The position numbers and the translations under genes were made by a program. This document shows, one piece after another, positions 23,369 to 36,295 of a stretch of 39,494 nt of DNA; the first letter of the stretch is position 1; every line of letters starts with the position of its first letter. Origin of the DNA: Octopus bimaculoides (taxonomy: Eukaryota); the NCBI RefSeq assembly GCF_001194135.2, contig NC_068985.1:118588257-118627750 (forward strand), given 5' to 3'. The notes under the pieces are model-generated. The model did no database searches. It had not been told where the DNA came from and saw nothing but the letters and a program-made list of their open reading frames with translations.

Positions 23369-24244
23369 TGGTATTTCACTGGTATTTAATTTATTGACCC
23401 CGAAAGGATGAAAGGTAAAGTCAACCATGACGGAATTTAAACTCGGGACATAAAGAGGGACGAAATACTGCTAGGTGTTTTGCCCAGCGTGCTAACAATT
23501 CTGCCAGCTCACCTTTTGAGTGAGGTAGAGTACTTGACCTAAAAAAGATTCTAACTGGGCCCCACTTGCAATTTCATATGCTGTTCATATGCTTGGTATG
23601 AGTAGCTCCGGAATGTCATTGTCCTATGGAATACTTCAGCTATTTCATTATCCTAATCCTTATTAAACAGGTATCATGATGGATATATTGGGCTTCATAT
23701 ATTTGTACCCCAGTGCCACTTTGATGGCATGTGCTGCTCTTTCACTCAATAATAATTTTTTCTACTCAAGGCACAAGGCTTGAAATTTTGGGGGGAGGGG
23801 TCTAGTCAATCACATTGATCCCAGTACGCAACTGGTTCTTATTTCATTGACTTTGAAAGGATCAAAGGCCAAATAGACTTTGGCAGCATTCGAAATCGGA
23901 ATGGAAGGCAGACGAAGTATTTTGTCCGATGTGCTATCAATTCTGCCAGTTTGCTGCCTTAATAATAATTATATAATAATGAGCTTATTGTATGCTCTAG
24001 TCAAATACTTATAACTTTTCAGTAAAAGAATAAAAGAGGGGATAGAAAGCAATAAATCAAGTAAAGAAAACAATGATAACCAAAAGTGTAGGCACATTAC
24101 ATGAATAAAATGCAAAACAACAGAAATGTGAACTGTAAAAGAGTCATAAAGAGGGAAAAGTACAGAAAATAGTGTTGATGGATTTCAAGAAGCATGAACA
24201 TTTTAAGGATGTTGTGTCCTGACAGCTTGACAGCCGGTGGGGGG

Positions 24245-24460
24245 GGGTAATCTTGTGAGCGTCTACTAAGTTAGCTTGGTAGTCGTTAATGCTTTAGTAT
24301 GTCATCAATGCCCAGAGAAGTAAGACATTCAAGATAGGGTAAGTGACTGACAGCTTCCAGTAGATCAAAATTTTGGTCAAGCTGTGGGCTACAAACTGGA
24401 GAGAGGCAAACGGTAAGTGTGGACATAATGTAGTATAAGTGAATTCGTTCAAATCAACAA
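24245..24460 (-). mobile_element. CR1-like LINE reverse transcriptase C-terminal remnant
   Basis: Joined across a frameshift: LYTTLCPHL..ASPVCSPQLDQNFDLLEAV..HLPYLECLTSLG..RL..LVDAHKI, resembling the CR1 pattern LYxxLVRPHLEYAxPVWSP..DIxxLExVQ..LPYEERL..RRL..DLI..KI. Confidence 0.6.
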
Positions 24461-25350
24461 TTTTTTTGACAAAGTGACAGTACTTAATATAATTTTTACC
24501 TCATGTCTAACTATTAGCAGACACTACCCCCTTCAGTATCTCCCTTAAATTATTTTATACACTATGATTGTTAGTGAATGAAATGTTTATTGGCTCTGGA
24601 TACTATAACCCTGGGTCAATGCATGCCTTGTAAGTGGAATTGGTAGGTGGAAACTGCAAAGGAACGTACCTTATATATGGGTGTTCTTCTCCTTAGGTTT
24701 GTCATCAACCTCGAGACCCATAAGGCTGGTTCCAATACTTCTCCCTGAATGAAATGCCAGTCCATTGATTGCAGGGTTAACTTGCTAGCTGTTTTCAGCT
24801 GAATGGACTGGGGCAACAGGAAATGGAGTGTCTTTTGCTCAAGAACACAACACAACATCCAGCATGGGAATTAACACCACAATCTTACAATCATGAATGC
24901 AATGCCCTAATCACCAGGCCATGCACCTTCATACATGTGTGTGTAAATGTCAATTCAGCATGCTGCCATTAACACCTAAGTGAAAGGCAGTGACATTTAC
25001 TTTCGCAAGTGAGAAAAATACTCTATCATTCAGCGGACATGTAACAACTGGTTGGATTGAAAAAAGTACCTTACTTCAAAAACCTTGTTAGGGTTGGCAA
25101 CAGGAAAAGCATACAGCCATAAAAATCCATCTTAATAAAGTTTCATCTCATCCATGCCAGCACTGGGTAACAAATGGACATAAAAAAAAAAAATGACTCC
25201 TTGTTATCCTCCACCACCACAGATTCTCAGATTGAGAACAATAGTTTAAACTGTGTTGTATGATACTTCAGTTTGTGCTACAATTTTATTTGGAGCTTTT
25301 TTTTCCTCTTTTTGTCTTTCTAACCTATCCATTACAATTTATTATTTCAG

Positions 25351-25467
25351 TTACAATGCTGTGGAGTTGAGACATATAAGGATTGGGAACTTAACATGTA
25401 TTTCAATTGTTCTTCACCTGGCAGAGAAGCTTGTGGAGTTCCTTTTTCTTGCTGTAAACCCACAGAG
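25351..25467 (+). CDS. TSPAN5: TspanC8 tetraspanin exon: [39 protein letters not shown]
   Basis: Acceptor ttatttcAG, donor GTaggt; 117 nt, phase 0/0. Contains the tetraspanin CCG motif, DWxxNxYFNC and CGVPFSCC typical of TspanC8. Confidence 0.97.
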
Positions 25468-25944
25468 GTAGGTCGGAGGAAGCTTTACTTTGCGTGTGTG
25501 TGTGTGTTTGTGAGTGTATGTAACAGTTTCTGATTTTGGCACAAGGCTACGCATTTATCAGAAATGTATATAATCATTTGATGGAACTCCTTTATTTTTA
25601 TGAATCTACGAGAGAAGGGAGTTATCCTCGACACTAAGGACCTGTTTCAAATGCTTAGGCTCTCTTCTAATGACTCTCTCAGAGCCAGGTGATTTGAATG
25701 CAAAATATAAAGGAATTTAAATGAATACCTCAAGGCATTAAGTCTGCCATTCCACTATCCCCATATAGTATCACAAATGAGTGTTTGTATGTGGATACAA
25801 ATCAGCAAGAATTGATTGAGTAAAGCACTTTATACAAATGCTGAATCTAATGTTTATTATAATTTTGACTGACTTATCAAAGCAAACAGATGAAAGTTGG
25901 CATTAGTAGAAAATTTGCCTCAATAAACTCCATCAGTCAGGCAG

Positions 25945-26317
25945 TCACTCTGGCAATGATCGCACTCAGACGGTGCTCTTAGTGCTCCACTGGTACAGGT
26001 GCCAACACAATTTCGCTTGCCCCAACAGGTTTTCGCAAGCCGAGTTCAATGTTCCCACAAATTTAGTTCGATTTCGATTTCACTTGCCTCACCATGTCTT
26101 CGCAAGCGGAGTTTAGTGTCCAATAAAGGAATGTTACGCGTAAATAGGCTGGCTACATCCCTGGCAGAGGCCTTGGATTTTGGTCTCACTTGGCCTGCCG
26201 GGTCTTCTCACACACAGCATATTTCCAAAGGTCACGGTCACAAGTCATTGCCTCGGTGAGGCCTAATGTTCTGAGGTCATGCTTCACCACCTCATCCCAG
26301 GTCTTCCTAGGCCTGCC
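25945..26317 (-). mobile_element. RTE-clade LINE fragment: ORF2 C-terminus plus proximal 3' UTR
   Basis: Minus strand 26317-26186 reads GRPRKTWDEVVKHDLRTLGLTEAMTCDRDLWKYAVCEKTRQAK*; GRPRKTW is the typical RTE C-terminal motif. Confidence 0.88.
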
Positions 26318-27421
26318 ATGTAGTAGATTTAAGTTTCTGTTCTTTCAGTTATTTTGGGCAATAAACCATTAGTATTGCGATTAATCCATTGTTTCAAATA
26401 GGTTTTTCCCTCTGGTCTAGTGTGGTGTCAACTTTATCATTGTTTGCTGTTGTTTAGCTACAGCTCAGCTCTGATGGAGTTGGTCTCTGATCATTAATAA
26501 TACTAGGTTGTGATTTCAGAGAAATTTAACTACTATTTTTAGAAGTTTAAGGAGGTATAGAGGTTTGTTCATTGGTTCAAGAGGTAAATTTCCTCTTTTA
26601 TAAGGCATAAATGTGTTGTAAATAATTCATCCAAGTAGTCTGGTATCATGGTGCCAACAGTTAAAGTGAATTGAATGAGGCACGCAGAACAAAACACATG
26701 TAGACACTGGATTTGAACTTAAGAACTTTGAATTGCTACTCCAATACCATATATATCTGGATACATTGTAGTGGTGTACATGCTTATAAAATTTGTGTGC
26801 CAATCCTATATATCCTATTTACAACATCTTAAAAGTTAATCTAGATTGTTATCAGTAAATGTGAAAATTGAATTAATTTCACCTTGAAATGAACATTCCA
26901 TTCTCCAATGTACTTTTTCTTTCCTTTTTTTTTTTTTTTTATAATACCTTAAATACATAAAATATCAAATATCAATTTATAGTTTAAAAACACAGAGCAA
27001 ACACTTAGGCATGGCAGTATGTACATCAGCTTTTCCAATCTCACTGGATTTGTGAAGGCTGTGGACGCACTGCTTTTTTCTTCTCTCTAAATGGTAAGAA
27101 TTAAAAAGCAAAGAAAAACCCCACTTAACCTGACCCTTTTCTATCAGCCTGCCACAAAAATGATTTCCTCATCTGTGAGACTAAATATTTTCAGACCAGT
27201 CCTAATTACTTCTTTCCTGCTTTTTCTTAGTTGGTCCACTTCTACAGCATATAATTTCTGATACTAACTTATGATATTTCTTCATCTTGTACAACACCCA
27301 TCTGCATTGTGTCTCCAATCTGATGCAGTAATCTCTTTGCTATACTTGGTCAATGTCTTGAATTGCCTACCATTTTCTCTGTTTACTTTTTCTTTCATTA
27401 AAACTTCACATCCAACACAGC

Positions 27422-27706
27422 TTTCTGTTGAAATACACTGCTTTTTATTTGAATTAATTTTGAAAATTGTGAAGAATTTAGTAATATAACTTTGTCATTA
27501 ATAAACCAGTGTTTGGAACAAGAAATTTTGATGGAACATTTTAATTTAGCCCTTTTATTACATATTTCTGTTAAAATACACTGCCGTTGTTTCAATTAAT
27601 ATTGCAAATAATGAATGAAGAATTTCGTGGAATAACTGTCACTATTAGACAAATGTTTGGAACATAATTTAACATAGAATTCTGATGGCCACTTCTAATT
27701 TAGCCC
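27422..27706. repeat. two diverged tandem copies of a ~145-bp unit
   Basis: tttctgtt(g/a)aaatacactgc at 27422 and 27565; both end aatttagccc (27552, 27706). Confidence 0.7.
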
Positions 27707-27903
27707 ACTTTAAAACAAAGTTTGTATCCTAGCACGAAGGGTGGTCTTGTAGCTTGGTAGCAAAAGGTTTAATGTCACCCTTTAATGCTACAAGTTTATC
27801 TCCACTCATTACCTGTTTCACTGCTATATAATGTATTTCTTATATAAATGATCAAGCATACTTCAGTTAATTAATGTTTAACCACTTCATTCTGTCTCTT
27901 CAG

Positions 27904-27954
27904 TCAGTGATAATTAACAAGCAATGTGGTTATGATATGATGAAAACAGAACAT
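27904..27954 (+). CDS. TSPAN5: TspanC8 tetraspanin exon: SVIINKQCGYDMMKTEH
   Basis: Acceptor ctgtctcttcAG, donor GTaagt; 51 nt, phase 0/0. NxQCGYD matches the TspanC8 NTQCGYD segment. Confidence 0.93.
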
Positions 27955-28590
27955 GTAAGTATCTTTCCTTTGTTTTTGATTTCATATACTAGCTTTGCAG
28001 TTAAATTAGAGGTAACTTGGCGAGTACTGTAGAATATAAATAAAGTTCCCCCCCAAAAAGCAGCCATTTCATTTTAAATGCATTAACTTCCTTTAAGTAA
28101 GGCCTGAAGAGAAAATTCACCTAATTGAAGTCAATAGGGTTAATTAGTCATTGATTTAGAATATTTCAACTGAAAATATCATCATTATAACTACCATCAC
28201 CACCACCACTTTTACTCGTGAAATAAACAAACACTGTATTTTCTTGTAGTTCTTGAAATAAGTATTGTTAGAAGAAGCTTGGTTAGGAGAAAGTGGTGGT
28301 GGTGGTGGGGTATTTTCTGTATCCATCTCGCTGTTGACCAAGGCAAGTAGAGTTATATCCCTTGTTTAAGAAAAATCCTTGCTAAAATCATTTCACTAGT
28401 TCTTGGTCAATAGTGGAGTGCAGTACCAGATCATGTTGCTCAACTGATTGGCTGTAATCTTTGTTGTAGCTGTACAATAAATAAATTAAATATGTCGAGA
28501 AAAATACATGACAAAATACAAGCACAAAGTGAATTCAGAGCAAAATTGTTTCCTTTTAACTTCATAAACTTCAAACTCCATCTATATATA

Positions 28591-29422
28591 CAAGGTGCGA
28601 TAGGTAAATTATCGCCATTTTATATTTTTTATTTTGCTCATGCACATTGTTTGTTTTTGATTTTTTTTTGACTACACAGTATAGTAGGGTCAGTTGGGCA
28701 CCGTCTGTGAGAAAAACAGCACCATGATGCAATTCACTCTGCCAGAAATTTGGAAATGACATGCTGTACTGGCTTGTCATTTGTGCCGGAAGCTCCAGTA
28801 CGAATAGATGGTGATCACACAGAACAACTGTTGGCTTACCATGTTCCCAAAACATGTACCAAGAGTGATAAAAATCAAACACTAGTAATGGCAACGTTTT
28901 GCCTCCATTCATCTTCCCACATGGCCTCAGACTCAACATGAAGGCCTACATCAAGTGCCTGGTGGTGGTAATGCTGCCCGTGATCCAGAGGGTGACTGCT
29001 GGAAGACCCTATGTCTGGCAATAGGACTCTGCACCATGCCACACAAGACGGAGAACCCAGTCATGGCTGTCAGACAATTTCTGTGACCACATCACCCCTA
29101 ATGTCTGGCTACCTTACTCCCCAGATAATTAAGCTGAGTGAGAGACACCAACAAAACCCCTTGTAACACCAAAGATGAACAGAAAGCAAGGATTATGGCA
29201 GCATTCACCAACTTAAACAAGAAGACCGTCCAGATGAATTGCAGGAGATTCCGAAGTTGTCCGGAGGCTGTGGTTGAAGCAAATGACAATTTTATTGAAT
29301 AAATTTACTTTTTAGTATTTCAAAATATTTTTATGTAATTTTGGTAAACATATCTGTGAAAATGAGATGTCAGTGTTATTTTCAATTTTGCGTAATTTAG
29401 ACAATATATTCACTGGACTCTG
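28591..29422 (+). mobile_element. Tc1/mariner DD37D (maT-type) transposon, internally deleted copy 2
   Basis: Colinear with 6271-7033. TA at 28589-90 and 29423-24; imperfect TIRs (CAAGGTGCG.../...GGACTCTG); degenerate DSAPCHTRRRTQSWLSDNFCDHITPNVWLPYSPD. Confidence 0.85.
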
Positions 29423-29438
29423 TATGTATGTATGTATG

Positions 29439-29473
<35 letters not shown>

Positions 29474-30502
29474 TACTAAAATTCTTTAGATAGAATTGGT
29501 AAGCTAGTGATGGGGGTCTGTATTATTAGCATGTACATGAAAATAGAAGCAGTATTCGTTGCTCTGTTTTTCACTCCAAAGCACAGAAACATTCACTGCT
29601 TTTGTATTTGGTCCTAGTCTCTGATTTCTTCTAATTGAAGACCGTGACATTACTTCATTGTGTTGAGTGTAAACTGAAGAAATTTCTATAATGACTCTAT
29701 GTAGTCATATAAAATGTATGCTGCATTCCCTCATATTTTCTCCATTTCTTGTCCACAAAATCTTCTCTCAAAGCACTACTTTAGGTAATGGATTTAGTAA
29801 TGGTAAAGCAAACTGACCTCAGTACATAGCTGATATTTATCTTTTGGAGAGTGTGGCAGCTTGGGCAAGTGTATTCTATGATAGTTACGGGGATACCAAT
29901 GCCTTGTGTGTGCAGTTCTGTTGGTGGCAAAACATCTTTGGCCAAGGGGAAATATTACCTTGTTTGGTAACAAGAAGAGCATTCCACCACAGAAAACCTG
30001 CCTCAATAAACTCTGTCTAACCCATGTAAGCATGGAAAAGTGGACGTTAAAACGATGATGAGAGGGTTTAGCTGAAGATAGTGTTGTTTGTTGGCATTCT
30101 TTGTCAAAACAAACAAAAAAAATCAAAACAAAAAAATATATGTAATAGCTCTGTGCTTTTTAAAGTAAGTGGACTAAAAAAAAAAATCATACCTGAAAAA
30201 TAGGTCAATGTTAGGGACAAGAAGAGTGTCTGCCCAGTATAGAAAAACAGATGTAAGACAAGCAAAAGTGTGGATATGTCACTGCATGTCTTTGCATTGA
30301 TACCACTTGTGCAGTGATGTCATTGTTTGTGTCTAATTTGAACAAAAAATCCTGGCAACTCAAGGGGTTCAATATATGAATACATGGAATAAAATACTTA
30401 GCTTAGAAATAAATGGTTAGCATAAGGAAGTGCACCATGCTAATAAATATTGTCTTAAGCAGTCTCATCTAGCTCATGCCTGCATAGAAAAGCAGAAGTA
30501 AA

Positions 30503-30670
30503 AGCCACTCTCGGGGTGGTTGGCGTTAGGAAGGGCATCCAGCTGTAGAAACTCTGCCAAATCAGATTGGAGCCTGGTGTAGCCATCTGGTTTCACCAGT
30601 CCTCAGTCAAATCGTCCAACCCATGCTAGCATGGAAAGCGGACGTTAAACGATGATGATGATGATGATGC
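30503..30670 (+). mobile_element. short RTE 3' tail copy (young)
   Basis: Near-consensus tail ending gacgttaaac(gat)n. Confidence 0.8.
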
Positions 30671-30958
30671 ATCTAAGACAATTATTTACCGACTTACAGT
30701 CACATTTTTTAGATTCTAGGGTGGGATTTGATGAAGATTTGGCTGTTATTTCTTGCAAGTCCAGTAACCATGTAAACATTCTCTCATTAACTTGTGTTAC
30801 AGAGGTTGATGCTGATAAACAGAACAACAACTCCAGAAGAACGGAGACTATTGTTGTAGTAGAGTTAAAGAGTGAACACAATTCAGCAGAGATTGTTAAT
30901 AGTTTTGTATCCATTTTTCTTTTCCTGTTTAATTTCTATGCTTTCCCATTTTTTGTAG

Positions 30959-31075
30959 GAGATTGATAAAGATCGAATAATTTGGACTTTGGGTTGTATC
31001 CCAGCTGGTGAACAATGGTTAGAAGCTAACCTCATTCCTGTAGCAGGAGTACTTGTAGGCATTGCATTATTACAG
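30959..31075 (+). CDS. TSPAN5: TspanC8 tetraspanin exon: EIDKDRIIWTLGCIPAGEQWLEANLIPVAGVLVGIALLQ
   Basis: Acceptor cattttttgtAG, donor GTaaat; 117 nt, phase 0/0. Carries the last LEL cysteine (GC) and first half of TM4 (GIALLQ). Confidence 0.96.
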
Positions 31076-32200
31076 GTAAATGAGAAAGTTTTTCAACTTC
31101 ATCAAGCAATTGATTTATGGTATTCATCCAGTTTTTGGTACTCTCGGTTTAATTACTCATTCATTTTTTTCTTACTTATTCAATTCAGTAACTCAGTTTT
31201 GGTATTCACCCATTTTGATTACTCCCTCAGTTTGCTTATCCAGCCAGTTTATTCCCTGGTTTTTGTCACACACCCCAGTTTGAGTATTTATCTGGTTTGG
31301 GTATTCACTCAATCTTGGTACTCGTTCCTTCCTCATATCTCTTATTACTGTTTCTTGAGATGTTAACATTAAGATATTGGTTAATTAGTTAGACACCCAA
31401 TCAACTTCTGAAGGTAGCAATAGTATTAATGGTGTTCATTGAAGTCTAGTCAATCAATAAGAAGAAGCAACTGTTACTCTCTTACTAAATTCACCTTGTC
31501 TGACCTCACTGTGGACATTATCACCAGCATCTATAGGTGTGCAATAATAGACTGGGTGGTAGAGAGTGCAACACACTGTCACCTTGTACCTCATATCATT
31601 CATCACTGTTTCTTAGTGTGTAGTTATTGTCCTACTCAGTAGAGGAATAATATATTTAGAAGAACAAGTGTGAGATAGGCTTAGTTATTTGTCTGATTAC
31701 CTATGTATAATATGCTATCCGTTTCCTCAATCAGAAATGTATCTACAGCAAGTCATCTTGTTGGTGTTCTCTCTCTCTCTCCCCATATTTCTACAGCTGT
31801 AGTTGAATGAATCACTGCTAGCTAACAAAACCTTGAGAAATTGAGTGTTGCCACTGCCTACATAGCAGTAAGGAATTTTACATTGATTGCATGTGTGTGT
31901 ATACACACACACATGCATTTATATATATGTGTATATGACCATCACCATGTGACAGACCAGGCTATCAAATGTTATACATTGCTTGTCACAATGTGCTTTT
32001 GCATTGTTTTAGCCTTCAAATGGCGCTACTCTGCTGGCTAGGCAAGCAGGTCAACATTCCCCTCTGATCAAAAGAAGGACTGGAGCTACTTGAAATGAAG
32101 TGCTTTGCTCAAGAACACAACTTGGTGCCTGGTCAAGGAATCAAACCAATGATCTAGCAATCTTTAAACCTGTGTCCACTTGTTCTATTGTGCACTTTAA

Positions 32201-32420
32201 CCCTTTAAAATTCAGATTACTCAGTCAAATGTATTGCTTTTTTATTCACCTTGTTTTGAATTAATCAGGTATTATCTCATAGCTTCAAGATTTCAATGAT
32301 GTGTTTGTTTATCTTTAGAATTACATTGTAGAGTAGGTGTGAGAGGCTGGATCTGGCCAGTTTCAACAAAAAACAGGTCGAGTATTTGAGCCAGATATGA
32401 CTGGTTTAAATGTTAAAAGG
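32201..32420 (+). mobile_element. piggyBac-like MITE
   Basis: TTAA at 32197-200 and 32421-24; same body. Confidence 0.8.
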
Positions 32421-32559
32421 TTAACTGCAACATAAAATATCTGGCAATTGAACTTGCTGGCAATAGCATTCATAAGTAAAGTGGTAAAAGAAATATGATT
32501 CAAAATATTTCTAAAAATAATCAAAAGTAAAACCAAGAAAAGAATAAATTGACAAAGAC

Positions 32560-32750
32560 ACTCTTGACCCAGTTCTCTACTTGTCACCTTCATTGTGTCC
32601 AACCTCTTTCTAACCTCTTGGCCTATTCCTTCCTTCCCCAGACTATCATCCCTCTGGAATTTCCTCCCACCACTCATGTCTCTCTTGCAAGTGTTGACTT
32701 GCAACAATTTAAATAGAATGTTGAAAGCATCAACCTCATTGCTCTCAGAG
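32560..32750 (+). mobile_element. CR1/L2/Jockey-like LINE extreme C-terminal remnant
   Basis: Joined across frameshifts: YSFLP-RLSSLWNFLPP..VDLQQFK.NVESINL, resembling the SFFPRTxxLWNxLP..LxxFK end of these ORF2 proteins. Confidence 0.45.
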
Positions 32751-33529
32751 TGCCTGCAAAGATCATGGGCTCTCCCTCATCCTCCAGGCCCAGCAAGTAC
32801 CAGAAAAAGAGTGGTGGGGAATATTTTATCGGTACCCGATGGATGGAAGGCAAATTACACTCTGATAAGATTGAACTGTGAGCGACCATACTAAATTACT
32901 TGAAGACATTTAGTTCTCACATCTACCACTTCTGATATTCTGTGACCTTTATAGATTTCATAACAATGATTGTAAATGTCTCCACAAGCCATGACTCACA
33001 TAGAGTGAACCAACGACAGCTTCTATGTGGTCATAAACTATTAGAAATAACAGTTAAAATTTTACCCAAATCACATTCAGTTCTCTTATAAAAAGGGAAA
33101 GACTCATAATGTAGTCACATGCACCTTTAATCATTATTCTACATAGTCAGAACTGATCTGGTACTAAATAACACCAAGAGCTGTGCATAAAGCTGACATT
33201 TAACCACTTGGATTTAGCCACTTGGATAAAATGCCAGCCTTAGCTTATTTAGAAATCTTCATGGATATTCTTTTATTCTTTTACTTGTTTCACTCATGAG
33301 TGTGTGGCCATGCTGGGGCACCACCATGAAGTGTTTATTAGATCAAATTGACCATAGCACTTACTTAGTTTAATGTTTTTCTGTTGGTTTCTTTTTTTTT
33401 TTTTTACCAAACAGCTAAGTTACAGGTTCATAAACAAGTCTACCTCAGCTTTCAAGCTATGAGAGATAAACATAAAAATGTGCACATACATATACATATA
33501 CACTAATTCACACACACATACTCTTTCTC

Positions 33530-33792
33530 TAATGTATATATATATACACACACACACACACATACTACCATATATACTCAGATTTTCAAACACACACACA
33601 CTACCATATAAACTCTGATAAACACACATTTACACTAACATACATATTCTGATATACAAACACTGATATACAAATACATACACATACACACACTGATATA
33701 CAAATACACACACTACCATATATACTCTGATAAACACACACACACATTCACGCTAACATACATACTCTGACTGATATACAAATACACACACA
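33530..33792. repeat. compound CA-rich minisatellite with a higher-order duplication
   Basis: Repeated ctgatatacaaatacacac and ctaccatatatactctgataaacacacac blocks. Confidence 0.7.
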
Positions 33793-33983
33793 ATGAGCTT
33801 TGGGCAGTTTCCATCAAATTCACTCAAAAGGCATTGGTCAAACTGGAGTTACAGTCCACGCTATTTCTCAAAGATGTCACGCAGTGGGACTGAACTTGAA
33901 ACCATGCGATTATGAAGCAAACTTTTTAACCATGCTGCAATGTCTGCCCCTTACATCAAAAGAAATTTTTTCATTCATCTAAC

Positions 33984-34144
33984 TACACTCTCTGAGTGGT
34001 TGGCGTTAGGAAGGGTATCCAGCTGTAGAAACTCTGCCAAATTTAGATTGGAGCCTCGTGTTGTCATCCGGTTTCACCAGTCCTCAGTCAAATCGTCCAA
34101 CCCATGCTAGCATGGAAAGCGGACGTTAAACGATGATGATGATG
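33984..34144 (+). mobile_element. short RTE 3' tail copy with target-site duplication
   Basis: ATCTAAC at 33977-83 and 34145-51 flank the copy. Confidence 0.8.
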
Positions 34145-34697
34145 ATCTAACATCACAACTATTATATCCCAAGTAACATTGTTTTTATTTTCCACCATCT
34201 ATTTTCCTTGAACATTGAAAGTGATTTTGGTAATCCTTTATCTAAAGTCCTTGGAACCAGAAGTGTTTCAGATTTCAGAATGAAGGTATCTCTTATCTTG
34301 TTTCAATCACTTTTGACTGCAGCCATGTTGGAGCACCGCCTTGAAGGGTTTTAGTTGAACAAACCGACTGCAAGACTTTTTTTTTTAAAGCCTAGTACTT
34401 ATTTTGTTGGTTGTCTTTTGCTGAACTGCTAGATTATGGGGACGTTAACACACCAACACCAGATGTCAAGCAGTGGTGGGGACAAACACAGACATAAAGA
34501 CATGCACACATAGATATATATACATCATCATCATGCAACATCCACTTTCCATACTGGTATGGGTTAGACAGTTCCAGTCTGATTTGGCGTTGTCTTCCTA
34601 ATGCCAACCACTTTGACAGTGTAATGGGTGCTTTTTACATGTCACCAGCATAGGTTCTATTTACATGACACCGTCATGACGTGTGTGTGTGTGTATC

Positions 34698-35164
34698 CAT
34701 CCTCATCGTCATTTAACATCTGTTGTTTATGCTGGCATGGGTTGGACGGTTTGACCAGGGCTGGCGAGCTGGAAGACTGAACCAGACTCCAGTCTGGTTT
34801 GGTAGGCTTTCTGCAGCTGGGTGCCCTTCCTAATGCCAACTACTCTGAGAGTGTAATAGATGCTTTTACATGCCACCAGCACAGGTGCCATTAGTGCGAC
34901 ACCAATATCTGCCATGACTGATTTTGCTTGGCTTCATAGGTCTTCTTCAAGCTCGACATAATGCCAAAGATCTCAGTTATTGCCATTGTGAAGCTCAAAG
35001 TTCGAAGATCATGCTTCACCACCTAGCCCTATGTATTCCTGGGTCTACCCCTACCACAGGTTCCCTCCACAGATTGGCACTTCTTTACACAGCTGCCCTT
35101 GTCCATATGCATCACATGACCATACCAGCGCAGTTGTCTCTCTTGCACACCACATTTGATATCT
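34698..35164 (-). mobile_element. RTE-clade LINE 3' end (related family with shorter 3' UTR)
   Basis: Minus strand: DIKCGVQERQLRWYGHVMHMDKGSCVKKCQSVEGTCGRGRPRNT*..VVKHDLRTL, then the shared 3' UTR and degenerate (GAT)n tail. Confidence 0.88.
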
Positions 35165-36107
35165 CATGCCTAATTTTTCTCTTTTTTTATGCAATTTCTG
35201 AAAAATGTTTTTAGTAATCTTTACTTATTGTAATCGGGGAAAAAAATATTTGATGTAAATTGGATTAATAAATTTATTTATTTACTACACAGCCACCCCT
35301 ATGCCTATATATATTTACAACTATAAAATGGGGCAGCTTGGTTGTGGGTTCCAAGTCTTAGCACATTATCCATTTTCATTTCATGTTGCAGGTGTGGTTG
35401 TGTGATGAAGAGGCTTGTTCTCAACCATGGGGTCTTGGGTTCAGTCCTACTAGATAGCACCTTGGGGAAGTATCTTCTATAGTCTCATGCTGATGAAAGC
35501 CTTGTAAGTGGGTTTTTGGTAGATAGAAACTGAAAGGAACTCTGTGTGTGTGCATGTGTGTGTACCCTTATCTAGATATTATGTGAGGGCTGTAAATGAA
35601 TCAGGTTGCTTGTTTCCAGTCTTCTATGAAAAATGTCAGGTCAGCAGAAATATTGGATTTCAAATTTTGGCACAAGGCCAACAATTTTAGAGGAGTAAGT
35701 TGATTTCATTGACTCTAGTGTTCAACTGGTACTTAATTTATCGACCCCCAAAAATGAAAGGCAAAGTTGACCTCGATGGAGTTTGAACTCAGAATGTAAT
35801 GACGTGAAATACCACAGCATTTTCCCCAGCATGTTGATGATGCCGCTTTGGCCATGGGAAATATTACCATGCTTGGACATAGGTGAGGGCTGGAAAAAGG
35901 ATGGCCATCTGGCTGTAGAAAATTTGCTTTGACAAATTCTGTCTGATCCATGGAAGAGTGGACGTTAAAAGATGATGTAGTTTATATTTTATACTGTAAA
36001 TGTAGTTTTATATAAATTTAGTGCTAGTCCAGTTTTGTACACATAACAACTTCACTTTGGGAATGTTTCATGTTTATTTCACTCTAACAAATCCTTGTGT
36101 TCATCAC

Positions 36108-36295
36108 CATCATCATTTAACATATGTTTTTCCATGCTGGCATGGGTTGGACAGTTTTGTTAGAGCTGGCAAGTTGGAGGGCTGCATCAGGTTCTTCCAG
36201 TCGTTTGTTTTGGCTGGCTTCTATGGCTGGATGCCCTTCCTAACACCAACCACTTCACAAAATGTACTGGATGCTTTTTTATGTGGCACCAGCAG
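36108..36295 (-). mobile_element. RTE 3' UTR copy (diverged)
   Basis: catcatcatttaacatatgttttccatgctggcatgggttggacag...gatgcccttcctaacacc. Confidence 0.65.
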
